A DNA stretch of 64,000 nt from the NCBI GenBank assembly GCA_030064845.1, contig JASJEC010000024.1, positions 1,102 through 65,101 of the forward strand, given 5' to 3'. The translations under genes and the position numbers were made by a program. Numbering within the stretch: the stretch's first letter is position 1; every line of letters begins with the position of its first letter. The stretch is from Kiloniellales bacterium (GTDB lineage Bacteria > Pseudomonadota > Alphaproteobacteria > Kiloniellales > JAKSDN01). Shown here piece after piece: positions 59,981-64,000 of this stretch. Below the pieces are notes generated by a model. It was given only the letters and a program-made list of their open reading frames with translations, ran no database searches and had not been told where the DNA came from.

Positions 59981-60409
59981 TCAGTCCTTCGCCATGATCT
60001 CGGCCATGCGCCGCGCCATCTCGCGTATCAGGTCTTCGAGCGCCTTCTGCCGCGACGGGTCGTCCATGACCGGGACCTCGACCTCCAGCGTGGTCGTCAC
60101 GCCGGGCGCGGCGGCATGGCCGAGCTGGCGCGACTGGTTCGGGTGGGCCGCCCGATAGGCGGCCAGGAAGGCTTCCCGTTCCGCCGGCGAGAGGTGGCAG
60201 ACCTCCATGATCGGGCCGACGTGGCGCACCGGCAGCGGCGTCGGGTCGAGCGGCGAGGTGATCTGGGAAACGAAGCTCTTGTGGGTTCCCAGCACGCGCG
60301 CGATGCGCAGCCGCATGCCCGACGGTCGCTGGTCGATGAAGGACCGCAGGACCTTCTTGTAGGCCGCGATCAGCTCCTGCTTGTTGATCCGGACAGCCTG
60401 CTCAGCCAT
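59981..60409 (-). CDS. Hypothetical protein, possible HTH-like regulator, last gene of the dha/PTS operon
   Basis: 142 aa; LRIARVLGTHKSFVSQITSP resembles a helix-turn-helix segment. Overlaps the 3' end of the EI-like gene. Confidence 0.6.
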   Translation of the reverse strand: MAEQAVRINKQELIAAYKKVLRSFIDQRPSGMRLRIARVLGTHKSFVSQITSPLDPTPLPVRHVGPIMEVCHLSPAEREAFLAAYRAAHPNQSRQLGHAAAPGVTTTLEVEVPVMDDPSRQKALEDLIREMARRMAEIMAKD

Positions 60410-62039
60410 GGCTTTCGATCCGCCCGCTTCCGATCCGATGTGCGCGGACCGCGGCCTTCACCAAGCCGAGCGCCGCCGGCGGGACCGAGAGCGTTCGGAT
60501 CCCGGCATCCAGCAAGGCCGGCACCTGCGCCGGCAGGCTCGCCATCTCTCCGCAGACGCTGACCTCCAAGCGCTTCGCCGCGCCGGCGGTGGAGACCCGG
60601 GCGATCAGCTCCAGCACGGCGGGATTGAGCGGGTCCTGCAGGTACTTAAGGCCGAGGCTGTCCCGACTGGCCGCCATGACGTACTGGACCAAGTCGTTGG
60701 TGCCGATCGAGAAGAAATCGCTCGCGAAAGACTCGACGGCAAGCGCGGCGGCGGGCGTTTCCACCATCATGCCGAAGGCCGGCATGGCCGCCTCCGTGCC
60801 CTCGGCCTTCAAGGCCGTCACCGCCTCCGTCATCAGCGCCCGCGCCTGGTCGAGCTCGTCGGGTGTGGCGACCATGGGGACCATGACCTTGAGCCTGCCG
60901 TGGCACGCCGCGCGCGCGAGGGCGCGCAGCTGGACCCGGAAGACCTCGGGATGCGCCAGCGACAGCCGGACGCCCCTGACGCCGAGGAAGGGGTTGGCCT
61001 CGCTCTCGGGCGTGAGCCCGGGAATCGGCTTGTCGGCGCCGGCGTCCAGGGTGCGCACCGTCACCGGCCGCTCGCCGGCCCAGTAGAGCAGGCCCCGGTA
61101 GATCCGGTACTGCCGCTCCTCGTCGGGCAGGCCCTCGCCGAACAGGAACTCGGTCCGGGTGAGACCGATGCCGTCGCAGTGGTCGGGGTCGACGTCCTGA
61201 AGCATGGTCGGATCGTCGACGTTGAGCAGAACCGCGATCCCGGTCCCGTCAGCGGTGACCGCCGGCTCGGACAGAAGTTCGTCCTGGGCCCGCCGGACGG
61301 CCTCCCGGTCGGCGATCTGCCGGCTGTAGGCCGCGCCCCGATCGGCCGTGGGCCGCAGGATCAGGCAGCCCTGCTCCGCATCGATCACCGCCTCGGCCCC
61401 GGGCTCTATGTCCTGGGGATCGCTGGCGAGGTTGATCAGGAAGGGAACGCCCCGGGCGCGCGCCAGCATCGCCACGTGGCTGTTTGCGCTACCGCCGGCG
61501 AGCGCGACCCCCTTCGCCTTCGTCCAATCCATGTCGAGGAAACGGCTGGGCGTCAGCTCGCCGGCCACCACGATGGCGCGCTCGGGCAGGACCTCTTCCT
61601 CCCGGTTCTCGCCGCCGAGGGCGACCAGCACCCGGTCGCGCAGATCGATCAGGTCCTCCGCCCGGGCTTGAAAATAGTCGTCGCCGGACGCCTGATAGTC
61701 CTGGATCTGGATGTTCAAGGCATCGCCGAAGGCCCCCGCCGCCGGCTCGCCGCCCGCCATCGCCTCCTGCGCGGGCGCGACCAGTTCGGGGTCGGCAAGC
61801 ATTGCAATCTGGAACGCCAGGATCTCCGCCGCCGTTTCGTCGCCTTCAGCCGCCAGCTCCTCGAGCTCCTTCGCCGCCCGCCGCAGCGCCAGATCGAGCG
61901 CTTTGCGCTCTTCCTCCACCGGACGGCGTTCCGCGGCCAGCGTCTGCCAGCGCGGCGGGCGGGCCCGGTGAATGACCCCCATGGCGAGGCCCGGTGCCGC
62001 GACCTCGGCGCCGATTACGCGTTCAGGCGGGCTGCTCAT
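60402..62039 (-). CDS. Phosphoenolpyruvate-protein phosphotransferase (EI-like)
   Basis: LAGGSANSHVAMLARARGVPF (phospho-His region), GIGLTRTEFLF, FFSIGTNDLVQYVMAASRDS, VSVCGEMAS. Confidence 0.93.
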   Translation of the reverse strand: MSSPPERVIGAEVAAPGLAMGVIHRARPPRWQTLAAERRPVEEERKALDLALRRAAKELEELAAEGDETAAEILAFQIAMLADPELVAPAQEAMAGGEPAAGAFGDALNIQIQDYQASGDDYFQARAEDLIDLRDRVLVALGGENREEEVLPERAIVVAGELTPSRFLDMDWTKAKGVALAGGSANSHVAMLARARGVPFLINLASDPQDIEPGAEAVIDAEQGCLILRPTADRGAAYSRQIADREAVRRAQDELLSEPAVTADGTGIAVLLNVDDPTMLQDVDPDHCDGIGLTRTEFLFGEGLPDEERQYRIYRGLLYWAGERPVTVRTLDAGADKPIPGLTPESEANPFLGVRGVRLSLAHPEVFRVQLRALARAACHGRLKVMVPMVATPDELDQARALMTEAVTALKAEGTEAAMPAFGMMVETPAAALAVESFASDFFSIGTNDLVQYVMAASRDSLGLKYLQDPLNPAVLELIARVSTAGAAKRLEVSVCGEMASLPAQVPALLDAGIRTLSVPPAALGLVKAAVRAHRIGSGRIESHG

Positions 62040-62316
62040 CGAACCTGCGCTCGACCAAGTGGACGAGGGCCGCGACCGCTTGCTGCGCGTCGGCGCCACG
62101 CGCCTCGAAGAACAGCGTCTCGCTGGTCCGCGCCTTGAGCTTCATCACCTTGACGATGCTCTTCGCGTCGACCCAGTCACCGCCGTCGCCGACCCGAAGC
62201 CGAACCTCGCTGGAGAAGCTCGCGGCCAGCTGCGTCAGCTTGACGGCCGGGCGGGCGTGCAGGCCGACGTCGTGGGAGATAATGGTCCGCCCCTCGGCGA
62301 CAGTCTCGTCAGTCAT
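62023..62316 (-). CDS. HPr-family phosphocarrier protein
   Basis: ISHDVGLHARPAVKLTQLAASF (His phospho-site), GDWVDAKSIVKVMKLKAR. Confidence 0.93.
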   Translation of the reverse strand: MTDETVAEGRTIISHDVGLHARPAVKLTQLAASFSSEVRLRVGDGGDWVDAKSIVKVMKLKARTSETLFFEARGADAQQAVAALVHLVERRFDEQPA

Positions 62317-62332
62317 GCTCGGTCCCCGCGTA

Positions 62333-62725
62333 TCATGAACCCGACTCCTCGGCGGCGGCGCGGACCTCGGCCAGCGAGCTGCCGGTCGACGCCTGGGTCG
62401 CCGCCATGACAGCGCCCTCGACGATCGGCGCGTCGCAGATCGAGACCGTGCCGCGGCGATCCTCGGGCAGGAGCTCGATGGCCATCTCGGCGTTCATTTC
62501 CGCGCCGCCCAGATCGACCAGCAGGGCCACGCCGGCCGGGCTCCAGACCTTCTCGATGCTCTCGCTGATGCGCGCGACGTCGGTGCCGAGCCCGCCGTCG
62601 GCGTTGCCGCCGCACCAGGCGACGCCGACGGTCTCGCCGACCATCTGCCGCACCATCTCGGAAGTGCCCCGGGCGACGTCCGGCGAGTGCGAAACGATCA
62701 CGATGGCCACCTTGTCTCCGCTCAT
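62333..62725 (-). CDS. dhaM: PTS-dependent dihydroxyacetone kinase phosphotransferase subunit DhaM
   Basis: VAIVIVSHSPDVARGTSEMVRQMVG, EKVWSPAGVALLVDLGGAEMNAEMAIELL. Confidence 0.93.
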   Translation of the reverse strand: MSGDKVAIVIVSHSPDVARGTSEMVRQMVGETVGVAWCGGNADGGLGTDVARISESIEKVWSPAGVALLVDLGGAEMNAEMAIELLPEDRRGTVSICDAPIVEGAVMAATQASTGSSLAEVRAAAEESGS

Positions 62726-63357
62726 AGCTCTTCTCCAAACACGGCGCAGACCTCCTTGATCAAAAGGCAGCTCGACATGGCGCCCGGATCGAGATGACCG
62801 ATGCTGCGTTCGCCGAGAAAGGAGGCGCGGCCCTTGGTCGCCCGCATCGGGCGGGTCGCTTCCAGGCCCTGCTCGGCGGCCGCGTTAAGCCGGTCGATCA
62901 GAGCCGCCGGCGGCACGCCCTCGGCCAGGCCCTGCTCGAAGGCCTCCTGGACCGGCACCAGGACGTCCAGCATGGTCTTCTCGCCGGCCTCGGACTTGCC
63001 GCGCTGCTTCACCGCCGTGACGCCTTCCGCGAAGGCCGCCGCGACGCCGGGGCCGTCAAGCTCGGCGCGGTCGCCGGCCGCCTTGGCCATGCCCAAGAGG
63101 AGGCTGCCGTAGAGCGGACCCGAAGCGCCGCCCACCTTCATGACCAGGGTCAAGCCCGCCTTCTTCAGGGCCGGACCGGGCTGAAGCGCGCTCAGTTCAT
63201 CGGCGATCGCCGCGATCTCGTCGAAACCGCGCTTCATGTTGAGGCCGTGATCGCCGTCGCCGATCGCCTGGTCGAGCGCCGTCAGGTTCTCGACGTGGGC
63301 CGCGATGACTCCCGCCGTTCGCTCGACGACCCGCTTCATCAATTCAGGTTCCATAGG
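62722..63357 (-). CDS. dhaL: Dihydroxyacetone kinase subunit DhaL
   Basis: LTALDQAIGDGDHGLNMKRGF, GGASGPLYGSLLLGMA, GEKTMLDVLVPV, KGRASFLGERSIGHLDPGAMSSCLL. Confidence 0.95.
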   Translation of the reverse strand, partial: PMEPELMKRVVERTAGVIAAHVENLTALDQAIGDGDHGLNMKRGFDEIAAIADELSALQPGPALKKAGLTLVMKVGGASGPLYGSLLLGMAKAAGDRAELDGPGVAAAFAEGVTAVKQRGKSEAGEKTMLDVLVPVQEAFEQGLAEGVPPAALIDRLNAAAEQGLEATRPMRATKGRASFLGERSIGHLDPGAMSSCLLIKEVCAVFGEEL

Positions 63358-64000
63358 CAGCCTCCACCTTCGCACCCGCGGGACCGCTCGGGATCCGATT
63401 GCCGTCGCCGTCGAACGCGAGGGCCGCCCCGGGGCGCACCGCGATACTGGTCTTCTCGCCCTCGGCGACCGGGTCGTGAGCGCCGAGCAGCGCCCTGACG
63501 CTCTCGCCTTCCGCCGAGAGCAGCACCAACGTCTCGACGCCGAGATGCTCGACCGCGAGGACCTCGGCGGGAACGCCCTCTGCCTGGTGCAGGCGGACGT
63601 CCTCGGGCCTGACGCCGATCGTCTCGGCCCCGGGCGGCAGGTCTTCGAGGCCCAGGCGGCCGCGCGGCACCAGGTTGATCTGCGGGCTGCCCAGCCGCCG
63701 GGCGACGTGGATGTTGCTGGGCTGCTCGTAGACCTCGCGCGGCGAACCGATCTGAACCAGGCGGCCTTCCGACAGCACGCCGATGCGGTCCGCCAGGGTC
63801 ATGGCTTCCAGCTGGTCGTGGGTGACGTAGAGGATGGTGGCGCCCAGGTCGCGCTGGATGCGCTTCAGCTCGACCCTCAGGTCTTCGCGTAGCTTGGCGT
63901 CGAGCGACGACAGAGGCTCGTCCATCAGGTAGATCGCCGGCTCGCGGACCAGCGCCCGGCCGATCGCGACCCTCTGCATCTCGCCGCCGGAGAGCTGGGT
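63344..64000 (-). CDS. ABC transporter ATP-binding protein, carbohydrate/sn-glycerol-3-phosphate type (C-terminal part; runs off window)
   Basis: GEMQRVAIGRALVREPAIYLMDEPLSSLDAKLREDLRVELKRIQRDLGATILYVTHDQLEAMTLADRIGV. Confidence 0.9.
   Translation of the reverse strand, partial: TQLSGGEMQRVAIGRALVREPAIYLMDEPLSSLDAKLREDLRVELKRIQRDLGATILYVTHDQLEAMTLADRIGVLSEGRLVQIGSPREVYEQPSNIHVARRLGSPQINLVPRGRLGLEDLPPGAETIGVRPEDVRLHQAEGVPAEVLAVEHLGVETLVLLSAEGESVRALLGAHDPVAEGEKTSIAVRPGAALAFDGDGNRIPSGPAGAKVEAAYGT

Overview
This is a high-GC alphaproteobacterial chromosomal segment, most similar in gene content to Rhodospirillales-type genomes (this placement is inference). It is almost entirely housekeeping and catabolic genes. 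Recognised blocks: a fatty-acyl-CoA segment (1-3.7 kb); mfd-sdhE, recG and a tandem DUF502 protein (3.8-11.9 kb); two tandem tRNA-Leu genes; a URC-type uracil catabolism cluster (GTP cyclohydrolase II-like / DUF1688-URC4 / upp) divergent from a uracil/xanthine permease (14.6-19.4 kb); a secreted protein with a CNPC-repeat region and a cytochrome-P460-like C-terminus, divergent from an Rrf2-sufBCDS-sufU-sufT-sufA operon (19.4-27.2 kb); a Tad-like vWA/TadE gene trio behind an AT-rich intergenic region (27.9-30.8 kb); a BKACE / MttB-like / dimethylglycine-dehydrogenase-like / thioesterase operon (30.8-36.4 kb); a sugar-acid/tartrate catabolic region (40.7-52 kb); tryptophan dioxygenase with a kynureninase-like gene (56.6-58.9 kb); and a PEP-dependent dihydroxyacetone kinase system (59-63.4 kb). 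No CRISPR array, prophage, complete IS or recognisable defence island was seen. The best candidates for follow-up are the CNPC-repeat protein beside the SUF operon, the URC cluster, the tandem-DUF502 fusion, a 272-bp nested inverted-repeat element at 38125-38396, the possible SMI1/KNR4 + L7/L12-CTD-like architecture, and the carnitine/betaine-like operon. All family assignments come from reading the protein sequences by eye. No database search was run.
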